Positions 14,111 to 26,844 of a DNA stretch of 64,000 nt are shown here, in pieces. A program made the translations under genes and the position numbers. Under the pieces are notes generated by a model. That model made no database searches, was not told where the DNA came from, and saw nothing but the letters and a program-made list of their open reading frames with translations. Every line of letters begins with the position of its first letter. Within the stretch, counting starts at the first letter, position 1. Origin of the DNA: Octopus sinensis (taxonomy: Eukaryota); the NCBI RefSeq assembly GCF_006345805.1, contig NC_042999.1, forward strand, positions 11,966,001-12,030,000. Reading direction: 5' to 3'.

Positions 14111-14429
14111 CCTCTCTACACCCTCCTTAAAAAATAATTTTTTATCCTATTTTATATTCACTCACTTTTTATAACTTTTATTCGTTTTTTATCGATTTTG
14201 TTTATCTTTTTTTCCGTCGTAATTGTTTCTTTTGATCCTTTTATTTTATTTTATCTACTTATTATCTCCTTTTAACTTTCTTTTTTATAATTGTTTTAAT
14301 TTCAGTTTTATCTTTTTAATTTTCATTTTTTTATCTTGTATCTGTTATTTTTTATTTATTAATTTTATTTTTTCAGCTTCTATTTTCTCTTTTTTCTCTA
14401 TTATTTTATCTATTTGATTTGATTTTATA

Positions 14430-15222
14430 TATACACACACACACGCACACATACATACACACACGTACACACACACACGCACACACACACATACGTACAC
14501 ATATACGCACGCGCGTACACATGAACGCACATATACCGCCCACACGCACCACACACACATACATGCACACACATACACACACGCACATACACGCACACAC
14601 ACACGCACACACACAGAAGAACGCATACATACCTCCAGACACACAACCCCATGCACACACTCACATACACATGCACATACTACACATGCATGCACCCATA
14701 CACACGCACGCACACATTTACACACGCACACACACACGCACTCACACATGAACGCACATATACCTCTCACACACACCACACACACACAGACAACACACAC
14801 TCGTACATACACGCACACACATACATACATCATCATCCTTCGATAAACCTACGGTTGGTCGGAACTCCATTGACAATCCCTTTTCACACTACACGGCCCT
14901 GCATTGCTGTGTTCAGATCTCTGATATCCAGCCCCGAGTCCCCAGATATAGTATCTGGAAATGTCAGTTTCTTGGAGAAAACCCAGGACATCAGTTGGAG
15001 ATCACAGCCAACACTTCGTAGCATCTACGGAAATCTGATGCCAATACCCCTCAAGCTAAAGCAGAAACGGCTACAATTTGCTGGTCTCTGCCATCGAGCA
15101 GAGAAAGAGATTATCACATCCCGGCTCCCATGGCATCCCTCTGCAAGTGTTTTCTCCACACATACATACACACATGCATATACACAAGCACGCACATACA
15201 CACATGCACATAGACGCACGAA

Positions 15223-15254
<32 letters not shown>

Positions 15255-15576
15255 AGAACGCACACATACCTCCACACGCACAACCCAAAGCACTCACACA
15301 TACACACACATGCACACACACCACACACACAACATACACATTCACGCACACATACATACACACACATACATATACACACATACACGCCCTTCAGACTGTC
15401 ACTCAAACGTCCTACCATTGACCATTCCATCTCGCACATATACAAAAACATACAACTACACAAAAGACCACCACTCCTGTTACCAAAGCTGTTGAATTCT
15501 CCCTACAACATTAACAGACACAAAGTTCACTCACACATACACATATAAACAGTTAAGATCACGCACAACACACACG

Positions 15577-15608
<32 letters not shown>

Positions 15609-15610
15609 AA
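14430..15610. repeat. Degenerate (CA)/(CG)-rich low-complexity array
   Basis: Read directly. It is interrupted by a LINE insertion at 14828-15155. Confidence 0.9.
14828..15155 (-). mobile_element. RTE/RTEX-type LINE 3' end with an inverted 5' segment
   Basis: Minus 14958->14828 reads PDTISGDSGLDIRDLNTAMQGRVV*KGIV followed by a (GAT)n tail. Plus 14960->15150 reads KTQDISWRSQPTLRSIYGNL..KQKRLQFAGLCHRAEKEIITSRLPWHP. Confidence 0.8.
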
Positions 15611-15693
15611 CATACTATCGCACACATACCCATAGATACCTTCTTCTCTTACACCCTCCTGTCATAGAAAGAACAGTGATGTTGTTGGTAAAA

Positions 15694-15910
15694 CATGTTC
15701 TTTGTCTATCTCCTTATCTTCTTGGAGATTTTGGATAAAATTATACTAATGTGTTCTTCAAATTTAATCAAACTCTATTTCCTTTGTGCAGCTGAAGATT
15801 GCCCTACATTTTAAATTGATGTAATAATTGCATTGTTCAATTAAATGGAGTCGCATGAAACGATTGTACTGCATTACCTCTGGATATCCTTGTTGCTTAT
15901 TTTGATTATA
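15694..15910 (+). mobile_element. Short hammerhead-bearing repeat (family G, PLE terminal-repeat like)
   Basis: About 215 bp, homologous to 60451-60649 on the minus strand. Both copies end in ttttgatt followed by (TA)n. Confidence 0.75.
15787..15873 (+). ncRNA. Type I hammerhead ribozyme fold
   Basis: Helix I TGCAG(15787-91)/CTGCA(15869-73); core CTGAAGA(15792-98); long imperfect helix II (TGC..GCA plus an internal AT-rich stem); GAAA(15857-60); helix III AC-GATT-GT; cleavage triplet GUA. Confidence 0.8.
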
Positions 15911-15921
15911 TATATATATGA

Positions 15922-15992
<71 letters not shown>

Positions 15993-16182
15993 ATATATAT
16001 ATATATAGTACAAAGTAAGATAGGGGTTATGAGGGTAACCCACTATGGGATATCAGTTATCCAATATACTGCTGGTAAAGTACCCAAATACTAAATAGAT
16101 AAATGCTTATAATTGCAATGCAATTAATTCATTTATTGTATTGGATGGGTGAAGGTAAAAAATATTTTACCATAAATTCATA

Positions 16183-16426
16183 ATACAAATAAGAAAATGG
16201 AGGAACAAATTCATTTCGATCATCAACTTACGGATATTCCAATTTCATATTATTTATTAGTTATAAAAGTAGTATTATTTTATTGTATTATTAATTTGCA
16301 TATTGATGTATATTGTTTTGTTCGATTTTCATGTTCCTATTTTTATAACTAATAAATAATATGAAATTGGAATATCTGTAAGTTGATGATCGAAATGAAT
16401 TTGTTCCGCCATTTTCTTATTTGTAT
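16183..16426. repeat. Fold-back inverted repeat, arms about 90 bp, spacer about 64 bp
   Basis: 16183-16272 is the reverse complement of 16337-16426, with about 3 mismatches. Confidence 0.9.
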
Positions 16427-16429
16427 ATA

Positions 16430-16650
<221 letters not shown>

Positions 16651-16652
16651 TT

Positions 16653-16869
16653 AATACAAAATGGGACAAGAGCGCAAAACATCCAGATAGACGATACAAA
16701 AAACACGGACGGGTCATTCAAAGCCTTTAATCTTCAGTCAAGAACCAGAATCAGCCGAAATTGCGAGGATGATCCGGTTCTTGACTGAAGATTAAAGGCT
16801 TCGAATGACCCGTCCGTGTTTTTTGTATCGTCTATCTGGATGTTTTGCGCTCTTGTCCCATTTTGTATT
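16653..16869. repeat. Fold-back inverted repeat of family E, arms about 94 bp
   Basis: 16653-16746 against 16776-16869 (atacaaaatgggacaagagcg... / ...cgctcttgtcccattttgtat), with 1 mismatch in the arms. Confidence 0.9.
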
Positions 16870-16871
16870 TA

Positions 16872-16929
<58 letters not shown>

Positions 16930-17029
16930 GCGTACGTACACTTTGTTCTCTATATTATATAATATATATAATATATTAATAAATGAAATAAAACATATGC
17001 ATATATATATATAAACATATATGTACGTA

Positions 17030-17290
17030 CCTACCTCTACATGTACATATACACGCATATATGAGTACAGGACACCAAAGGGACGTCGAAACACAAAGAG
17101 AAACGAAAACATAGACACAAACCAAAGGAACTGGATATTTTTTTTTAAAACAACAAAAAATGGAGTACAGGACAATTAACACAACGAAAAAACCCCTACT
17201 TCAGTCGCTAAGGTTTCATCTACTCTACGTTTCGAAGGATAAAAGCGAGACGTATCTTCGACAAGAAACTTTCCTTCCTGCGAAAAGCAA
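17030..17290 (-). mobile_element. Interspersed repeat family D (also at 23770-24010 + and 37550-37810 +)
   Basis: Shared core ..cgaag....cgaaa(c/t)g..gagtag.tgaaac...actgaag.agggg and a (TA)-rich tail. Probably PLE-tail like, class unproven. Confidence 0.55.
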
Positions 17291-17800
17291 ATCAATTAAA
17301 ATTCTGAGATCTTTTCGCAGAGGGGTAAAAAATGGTAAAAAAAATGGTAAAAAAACAGGACAGTAACGACAGTACAAAAATATAAACAGTAAAAAAATAA
17401 ACAGTAAAAAAATATAAACAGTAAAAAAAATATAACAGTAAAAGACAGGACAGGGAAAAACAAGATAAGAAGGGCTGTTGACGCCGAACGAAAAAAGTAT
17501 TGCAAACGCAGAATTTTTTGTGAACGACAGGAGAGCAGGAAGAATGTCGTCCAGTTACCTTGAAGGCCAGGCCAAAACGACAGTCAGGGCGGAAGTATCG
17601 TCGCGGGTGGACGACGGGAAGGGGGAGGAGGAGCAAGAGGAAGGGAGAGAAGAAGGGGAAAGGCTGCGAGGAGACCATGAAGAATGGTGAGGGGTAGAGA
17701 GAGAGAGAGTGAAGAATGAGAGAGAGAGGAAGAGACAAGTTAAGTGGGGGAAAAAGAAAATCAAAGAATAGGGATGGGACAGAAAGGTGAAGAGTGCGCG

Positions 17801-19794
17801 TGACCCTCGTCGTGTTAACATCGTTGTTCTTCGTCCGCCGCTATAAAGGCTTTTTCCAATGCGCCAGAGAAAAAAATTTGTTTGCTTGTTATCAGTCGTA
17901 AGACACTTGTTGTTTTCACCGTTAATGCTTCTGTATTTCATGTTTCTGTATTCCATTATTGTTTTTTGTTTTTTTATATCTGTCCCTTTTGCTGTCCTGG
18001 TGTTCGTATGCATTTGATCCTTCTTCCAGGAAATCTACGCTTCCAGCTTAGTTTTTCTTGGAGGGCTGGCCGTGATCTAGTAATCTCAAGATTAATCAGC
18101 CGAAATTACTACGATGATCCGGTTCTTGACTGAAGACTGAGGGGTTCGAATGTCCTGTCCATGTTTATTGTATCGTCTTCTATGAGTTATACGTTCTTGT
18201 CCATGTTGTATTTTTCTACATACCTTAACATATATTCCAGGCGCCCCGTACCCCCTTTATCATTAATGTGAACACATATTCTTAATAATTGGTACGACTC
18301 TCTGTTTGTCTCTCTCTCTCTCTCATTTTTACTTTCTCTCTATTCATCTTCTCTTTCCTCTGATCCTTTGGTCTAGTCTTCCACTACCCTCCTATTTCTT
18401 TGTCTCGCTCTGCACTCACAGGTCATTCTTCGACACCCATCCCTTCTCCTCTCTGATTCCTTCTTTCTCTCTCTTCTCTCTCTTTGTTGCGTTTTGTCCC
18501 CCTTTTCTCTTCCTTTGCTTCTCTTTCTTTTCTTTTCCCTCTTCTCTGTCACGTGACTGTTGGCCGAAATCTGCCTTTCAGCTCCTGACCCTCGTCGTGT
18601 TAACATCGTTGTTCTTCGTCCGCCGCTATAAAGGCTTTTTCCAATGCGCCAGAGAAAAAATTTGTTTGCTTGTTATCAGTCGTAAGACACTTGTTGTTTT
18701 CACCGTTAATGCTTCTGTATTTCATGTTTCTGTATTCCATTATTGTTTTTTGTTTTTTTATATCTGTCCCTTTTGCTGTCCTGGTGTTCGTATGCATTTG
18801 ATCCTTCTTCCAGGAAATCTACGCTTCCAGCTTAGTTTTTCTTGGAGGGCTGGCCGTGATCTAGTAATCTCAAGATTAATCAGCCGAAATTACTACGATG
18901 ATCCGGTTCTTGACTGAAGACTGAGGGGTTCGAATGTCCTGTCCATGTTTATTGTATCGTCTTCTATGAGTTATACGTTCTTGTCCATGTTGTATTTTTC
19001 TACATACCTTAACATATATTCCAGGCGCCCCGTACCCCCTTTATCATTAATGTGAACACATATTCTTAATAATTGGTACGACTCTCTGTTTGTCTCTCTC
19101 TCTCTCTCATTTTTACTTTCTCTCTATTCATCTTCTCTTTCCTCTGATCCTTTGGTCTAGTCTTCCACTACCCTCCTATTTCTTTGTCTCGCTCTGCACT
19201 CACAGGTCATTCTTCGACACCCATCCCTTCTCCTCTCTGATTCCTTCTTTCTCTCTCTTCTCTCTCTTTGTTGCGTTTTGTCCCCCTTTTCTCTTCCTTT
19301 GCTTCTCTTTCTTTTCTTTTCCTCTTCTCTGTCACGTGACTGTTGGCCGAAATCTGCCTTTCAGCTCCTGACCCTCGTCGTGTTAACATCGTTGTTCTTC
19401 GTCCGCCGCTATAAAGGCTTTTTCCAATGCGCCAGAGAAAAAATTTGTTTGCTTGTTATCAGTCGTAAGACACTTGTTGTTTTCACCGTTAATGCTTCTG
19501 TATTTCATGTTCTGTATTCCATTATTGTTTTTTGTTTTTTTATATCTGTCCCTTTTGCTGTCCTGGTGTTCGTATGCATTCGATCCTTCTTCCAGGAAAT
19601 CTACGCTTCCAGCTTAGTTTTTCTTGGAGGGCTGGCCGTGATCTAGTAATCTCAAGATTAATCAGCCGAAATTACTACGATGATCCGGTTCTTGACTGAA
19701 GACTGAGGGGTTCGAATGTCCTGTCCATGTTTATTGTATCGTCTTCTATGAGTTATACGTTCTTGTCCATGTTGTATTTTTCTACATACCTTAA
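17801..19794 (+). repeat. A-B-A-B-A tandem array, period about 785 bp (family E)
   Basis: A = 17801-18228, 18586-19012 and 19369-19794. B = 18229-18585 and 19013-19368. The copies are nearly identical. Confidence 0.95.
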
Positions 19795-19839
19795 TATATA
19801 TAATATATATATATTTATATATATATATTTATATATATA

Positions 19840-19926
<87 letters not shown>

Positions 19927-19957
19927 GCGTACGTACACTTTGTTCTCTTATATATAT

Positions 19958-19991
<34 letters not shown>

Positions 19992-20128
19992 CTATGAGTT
20001 TTCAGTCTGCAAAATTTCTGTAATTACTTTCAAATATGATTTCTTAAAAAAAAGAAATGTTTTCTTTTTATGAAGTTAGCGTAGAAGTTTTCACAAATTA
20101 CCTGCTAAAAAGAGAAGTCTGTAATAAT

Positions 20129-20333
20129 GATTTCAAATGTTGGCACAAGGCCAGCAATTTCAGGAGAGGAAGTCGATTACTTCGACCCTCTGTACTCAAC
20201 TAGTACTTATTTTGTCGATCGCAAAAGGATGAGTGACAAAGTCGACCTTGGCGGAATTTGAACGTAAAGACGGGCGAAATGCCGCTAAGCATTTCGTCCA
20301 GCGTGTTAACGATTCTGTCAGCTCGCTGCCTTC
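20129..20333 (-). mobile_element. SINE family A with a 17-bp target-site duplication
   Basis: GAGAAGTCTGTAATAAT flanks the SINE at 20112-20128 and 20334-20350. Confidence 0.9.
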
Positions 20334-20452
20334 GAGAAGTCTGTAATAATAACGATTAATGTATGACTTTTAAGCCTTTACTTATTCGTTTCGTTTAGTC
20401 CGGACGTCCATATCTATTTTTGTATTTTCCCCCGATTGTTTTCTTTATGAAG

Positions 20453-20494
<42 letters not shown>

Positions 20495-21965
20495 AAAACC
20501 AAAGATCTTTTAAACTATAATATATCCACCCGTGCTACTTAAAAGAAGAACCATCCCAAATGCTTTGTCTTAAACCAATAAATTAACATTGCGAACGCGT
20601 TCTCAACACACTTTTAGAACTGACTAACCATTTAGAAAATGCATGTAACAAGAGTTGTGAAGAACACCAGAAATGTATTACATCAGGTTTGAGACTGTTT
20701 GGTGTCATATCAACAGGGTGGGGCAACCAAAGGGGAAGTTTGGAATGTTTTAGTCTATATTAAATTCTTTTATAAACCCCGAAGGAAATTCTTTAATATA
20801 TGACTAACCACCCATCTGCCAGCACATTTTTTTTTATTTCTTTGCTCCAATTTATGATCTTATCTCTATGGCTTGCTTTCGTTTTTTTTTTCTATTTATT
20901 TATTTGTTTATTCTGGGGGGAATTTTATTTTTTATTTTTAATACTGGACAGAGTTTTGTTGAGGGATCCAAAGGACTTGAAAGAATTAAAGTTTAGAGAT
21001 CTATGTCTTGAGATTAAATGGTTGAAAAATAAACTTTAGGACAGGAAACAATTCTGCTATTATTATTGCCTGATAATGTTGTTGTTTAAAGTACATTTAG
21101 AAGAAAACATCCGACAGACAGTCATTGATGTAAGACAGACAACTTATAAAAGCAGTTCGTTACCACATGTGACAACATGTTATCACATGTGGTAACGAAC
21201 GGGGGTGGGGTGGAAAATCACTAAGACAATAGTATAAGATGCTGTGCGGTATTTGCTCATAAAACTTTACGTTCTGATTTCAAATTCTGCACAGGCTCCC
21301 TTTGCCTTTCATCGGGGTCGGTAAAGTAAAGATTGTCAGTATAATTCTAGGTATCCTTGAAGGTGAAGCCCCAGTATGGCCACAGTGTAATAATAGAAAA
21401 CAGTAAAGAATACATTGATCGAAACTATGAAGCTGGTAATTTTCATAAGAAATGCTAGTGCCGGGTTTACCTGTAGACTTGGCAGACTGAAATCTAGATC
21501 TAGTACTCCTCTGACCACAATCTATAATATCTTTTGATATCTTTTTTTTCTCTGTCATAGACCTTTTGAGAAGCGTCTGACAAATGGGCTTTTCCTAGGA
21601 TTTCGCTTCATTTACGTCCATCATGGAGAAGTGGTCACTGAAAGTTTGATCATTTACATGTGGTCGTTGAAATTAATAGTTATTTAAAGACAAACGAATA
21701 TGACTGGTTTGGGAGCAGTACTTATTATTTCCCATACTAAAATTTACTATAGGTTGCACCTAAAGATCTGAACCATCACTATGCTCTTAAATTAAATAAG
21801 TAAAAATTAATTAAATTTACTAGATACACGAGACGGTCATAGACAGCTACCACAGACACGTCAACGTTTACATAACAGAACAGCCGACAATGTGTCTTGT
21901 ATTGAAATCAGTCTGCCTGATATAATTACAAGCGTAACAACAGTGGTTTTAAATGTAGGGCAATC

Positions 21966-22011
21966 GATTGCTGATGACGGTATGATAAAGCAGAAACAGA
22001 TTTGTCCAGTT
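21966..22011 (+). ncRNA. Minimal type I hammerhead ribozyme candidate
   Basis: Helix I GATTG/CAGTT (2 G-U pairs); CTGATGA(21971-77); weak helix II; GAAA(21993-96); helix III ACA-GATT-TGT; cleavage triplet GUC. Confidence 0.55.
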
Positions 22012-22149
22012 AACCCCTCTTTCAATGTCTACGGCGAAATTGTATAATGAAGAAAGAAGGGAATTTTCGACTATTTCATACATATAGTAGGGAGTTTTGT
22101 TCCATGCTCTAACGATTTGGTAATCTAGTCTTTCAAGGGGACATTATGA

Positions 22150-22390
22150 TGGCAAAGTGTACGATGGAGATGTTTGCTTTGCAATCACAAGGTTCTAGTT
22201 TCGATCCCACTGCGTGGTATTTTGGGGAAATCCGGTACACGGAGACTGTATGGAAGCCCGTCGAATATATTTTACTTGTAATTATCAAATTCCACAAGCC
22301 TTGTCACATTGCGCCTCCATTTCCTCCTGAGAATTACGTTAAGGTACATAAAATCTGCGGAATGGTTATCATCTTAGCATAAATTCAATG
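22150..22390 (+). mobile_element. Diverged tRNA-derived SINE
   Basis: Head ggttctagtttcgatcccactgcgtgg is similar to the family B head, but the body differs. Confidence 0.5.
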
Positions 22391-23102
22391 AAAAGTCGAA
22401 ACAGACGTCGATTCATCTTCTTGATTATAGAGTCAACACGAACGGTGGGTCCCCCCCCCCTACAAAGTAAAGAGAGGACTGACGTTATTATCATTAAATT
22501 ATGTCACCGTTGGGAGAAGCGTTTCTGGAAATTAGAAAAAGCAAAATTGAAATAAAAGCACCATAAAACGTCGCAAAGAGTAGAAAAATAGGATTGGATT
22601 AAAGCAAAATCTAAGCCTGCAAACAAAGAATAATTAATAGAGTTTGATGGGGAGAGTCGTGCTTACGTGGCCAACGACAAGACTGCCTCAACTGTAAAAC
22701 AATAGAATTAAATTTAATTTACGAACACAGTGGTAGTTAAAATCTTTGGTTATGTCCTATAGAGAACTTCAATAGAAAAGAATCTGAATATATTATTCAA
22801 TTAATCATATATACGTACATAAATACATACTTAGATATACTTACATATACATACATACACATACACACGTGTGTGCGCGCGTGTGTATGTGTGTGTGGTG
22901 TGTGTGTGTGTCTCTCTCTCTCTCTCTCTCCTCTGTATGTATGTATGTATGTTGTATGTATGTATGTATGTATGTAAGTATAACCGGCCATAATAAGCAA
23001 CTTTCTAAGTGTGTGTGAATGTTTATATAAATATATATTTATAAAATATTACATATATATATATATTTATAAAATATTACATATATATATATATATATAT
23101 AT

Positions 23103-23407
23103 AAAGACTCCGCCGGTTACGACGACGATCAACGGAACAGCTTGCTCGTGAAATTAACGTGCAAATGGCTGAGCATTCCACAGACACGTGTACCCTTAAC
23201 GTAGTTCTCGGGGATAATCAGCGTGACACAGAGAGTGACAAGGCTGACCCTTTGAAATACAAGTACAACTCATTTTTGCCAGCTGAGTGACTGGAGCAAC
23301 GTGAAATAAAGTGTCTTGCTCAAGGACACAACGCGTCGCCGGGAATCGAACTCACAACCTTACGATCATGAGCCGAATGCCCTAACCACTAAGCCACGCG
23401 CCCTCAC
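23103..23407 (-). mobile_element. tRNA-derived SINE with a conserved GTCCTTGAGCAAGACACTT central box
   Basis: Minus head tggcttagtggttagggcattcggctcatgatcgtaaggttgtgagttcgattccc has A and B boxes and a CAT anticodon-like loop. The central box resembles CORE/Meta-type SINE domains. Confidence 0.8.
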
Positions 23408-23493
<86 letters not shown>

Positions 23494-23560
23494 TATATAT
23501 ATATTATATATATATAATATATATATATTATATATATATATATAATATATATATAATATA

Positions 23561-23610
<50 letters not shown>

Positions 23611-23622
23611 TATATATAATAT

Positions 23623-23726
<104 letters not shown>

Positions 23727-24074
23727 TTACCACTTTTACCCCCCGCAAAAAATCCCAAATTTTATTTAATTTGCTTTGCGGGAAGGACTGCTTCAACGAA
23801 GCCGCGTCTTGTCCTTACCGTCATAACGCGGAATAGACGAAACTGGGACAACTGAAGAAGTTGTGTTGTATGTCTTGTACTCTGTTATTTCGTTGTTTGA
23901 AAATAGTTCGTTTCCATGTTTTCGTTTCTCATTGTGTTCTACGTTTTTTTGATGTCTTGTACCCATATATGCATGTATGTATACATATAGATGTAGGTAT
24001 GTACCTATATGTATGTGTATATTTATATATTTATATTGTACCTATATGTATGTGTATATTTATATATTTATATA

Positions 24075-25080
24075 TATATATAAAACTGAGAATGTGTGTC
24101 TGTCTGTGTATTTCCCTAAAACTTGAGAACTACACAACCAATTTCATTCAAATTTTACACATGCCTTACTTAGGGTCCATGTAGTTTCATGGGCAAAAAA
24201 AATGTTCAACTTCTTGCCTAGAGCGAACCCATAGCAATATCATATCTTCTCCACTATTTCAGTATTATGTGTTAAAAGTGAAACAAAAACATTTCTCTAT
24301 TTTATGTCAGATGCTTTCACTTTTACAATAAAAATAATAATAACAATTGAATTATATGTAGTAAGTAATAATTAAAATCAAACTAAAGTATGATATAATC
24401 GTAACATAACAAAAGTAAAAATAGCAATTGGTATAAAATTACATCAATGACTTGAACTTGAATAAGTGGTTTCACATGATTGGGAATAAATTAAAAATAA
24501 AATTAGCGTGCAGAAATGGAATAGTCCAGATGGATAATAAAAAATTAAATTAAAGAAAAGACTACTGTCTATAAAGTATACAATGTAGAGAAAAAAGATT
24601 TGAGCACCTGGAGGAAAGCACCATCGAAAAGTGTCTTGGTGCGACTATGAAAGATATCTAACCAGAGGCGGTAAATTCGCCACAATAGAAGCAAGGTTCG
24701 AGTTAACGGAGCGTGCAAGGGAGTACTCGACTCGAACTTGCAAAGTGGAAATATTTTATTTTTACTTTTATATCTGGGACGTAGGACGTCCCGGAAAAAA
24801 ATTTTAAATGCCCCCACCCCCCAGAAGTAGAGGTAGGCTGGATTGTAGCCACACTTCTATACAAGAGGGATGACAAGATACAATTGATCGAAATTACAAG
24901 AGACGGGCTTACAATTCCAATCTGTTATATATTTTGAGTATTGTTATCACTAGCGATATCAAGATATAACTTTGTATTTTGTATTTTATGTGTAGATGTA
25001 TATATAGATGTACATGTAATATGTACACATATATACATGCACTAGCACTATGACCCGGCAACGACGGGTCATAATGCTAG
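24075..25080 (+). mobile_element. Non-autonomous Helitron-like element
   Basis: The 5' end is tatatataaaactgagaatgtgtgtctgtct..ccaatttcattcaaatttt. The 3' end has the hairpin ATGACCCG-gcaacga-CGGGTCAT followed by CTAG|T at 25077-81. Confidence 0.7.
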
Positions 25081-25081
25081 T

Positions 25082-25370
25082 ATATATATAAAACTGAGAA
25101 TGTGTGTCTGTCTGTTTCCCTAAAACTTGAGAACTACACAACCAATTTCATTCAAATTTTACACATGCCTTACTTAGGGTCCATGTAGTGTCATGGGCAA
25201 AAAGAATGTTTAACTTCTTGCCTAGGGCGAGCCCACAGTAATATCACATCTTCACTATTTCAGTCTTACGTGTTAAAAGTGAAACAAAAGCATCTCTCTA
25301 TTGTATGTATATGGATGTATATATAGATGTACATGTAATATGTACACATATATATATACACATATGCATG
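25082..25370 (+). mobile_element. Second, internally deleted Helitron-like copy, head-to-tail with the first
   Basis: It starts immediately after CTAGT, repeats 24085-24300, then jumps to the equivalent of 24990-25040. Confidence 0.7.
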
Positions 25371-25435
25371 CATGCACATATACACCCATACACACACACC
25401 GATCCACCCCACCCACCACCCACACACATACATAG

Positions 25436-25760
25436 GTGCAGGTGTGGCTGTGTGGTAACAAACTTGGTTCCAAAACACATGGTCCTCGGTTCAGTCCCAC
25501 TGTGTGGTAACTTGGCATGTGTCTTCTGCTATAGCCTCAGACCAACCAAAACCTTGTCAGTGGATTTTGTAAACAGAAACTGAAAGAAATCAATTGTATG
25601 TATATGTATATATATATGTAAATCTATGTGTGTGTCTTTGTGCTTCTCCCTCATCACTGCTTCACAACTGGTGTTCGTTTATTTACATCCCCATAACTTA
25701 CTGGTTTCACAAGAAGAAACTAATAGAATAAGTACCAGGCTTATCAAAATTTTAAAAAGC
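25436..25760 (+). mobile_element. SINE family B copy
   Basis: tggctgtgtgg A-box, ggttcagtccc B-box and tail aatagaataagtacc. Confidence 0.8.
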
Positions 25761-25863
25761 ACTACGCAGTGTCTCATATTTTTGTTTGCACACTGTTGTA
25801 TATATCAATTTATCTTTGTGTGTGTGTGTGTATACATATACACACACATATATATATATATAT

Positions 25864-26153
25864 AAAGGAAATGAAGAAAATGCTGACAAAATAATTTAAG
25901 TAAGGGAGAGTGTATTTAATTAGGTGAAAGTTCTTTTTACCGGTTGCGCATTTGTTATGCTTATCAAAAGATATTTTGAGTGAGATAGAGTTCCTTTCTG
26001 ATAGAAAAATCTATCAGAAAGGAACTCTATCTCTCTTTAAAAAATACCTTTTGATAAGCATAACAAATGCGCAACCGGTAAAAAGAACTTTCACCTAATT
26101 AAATACACTCTCCCTTACTTAAATTATTTTGTCAGCATTTTCTTCATTTCCTT
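25864..26153. repeat. Long palindrome, arms about 141 bp, 6-nt loop
   Basis: The outer 107 bp and inner 23 bp pair perfectly, with one internal mismatch block. The loop is aaaaat at 26005-10. Confidence 0.95.
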
Positions 26154-26249
26154 TTTATATATATCACAACTCGTGTTCCACATCTCCTTTTTTAAATATA
26201 TATATATAAGTGCCAACGAGGGCACGGACGCCGCTATATATATTATTAT

Positions 26250-26772
<523 letters not shown>

Positions 26773-26844
26773 ATTTCGTGGACAGGAACTGAAACAAATC
26801 AATCGTATATATATGTATATATATATGTAAGTGTATGTGTTTTG

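Noticed and set aside
23330-23407. tRNA-Met-like sequence as a tRNA gene (likewise other SINE heads)
   Set aside because: It has no complete cloverleaf and runs directly into SINE body sequence.
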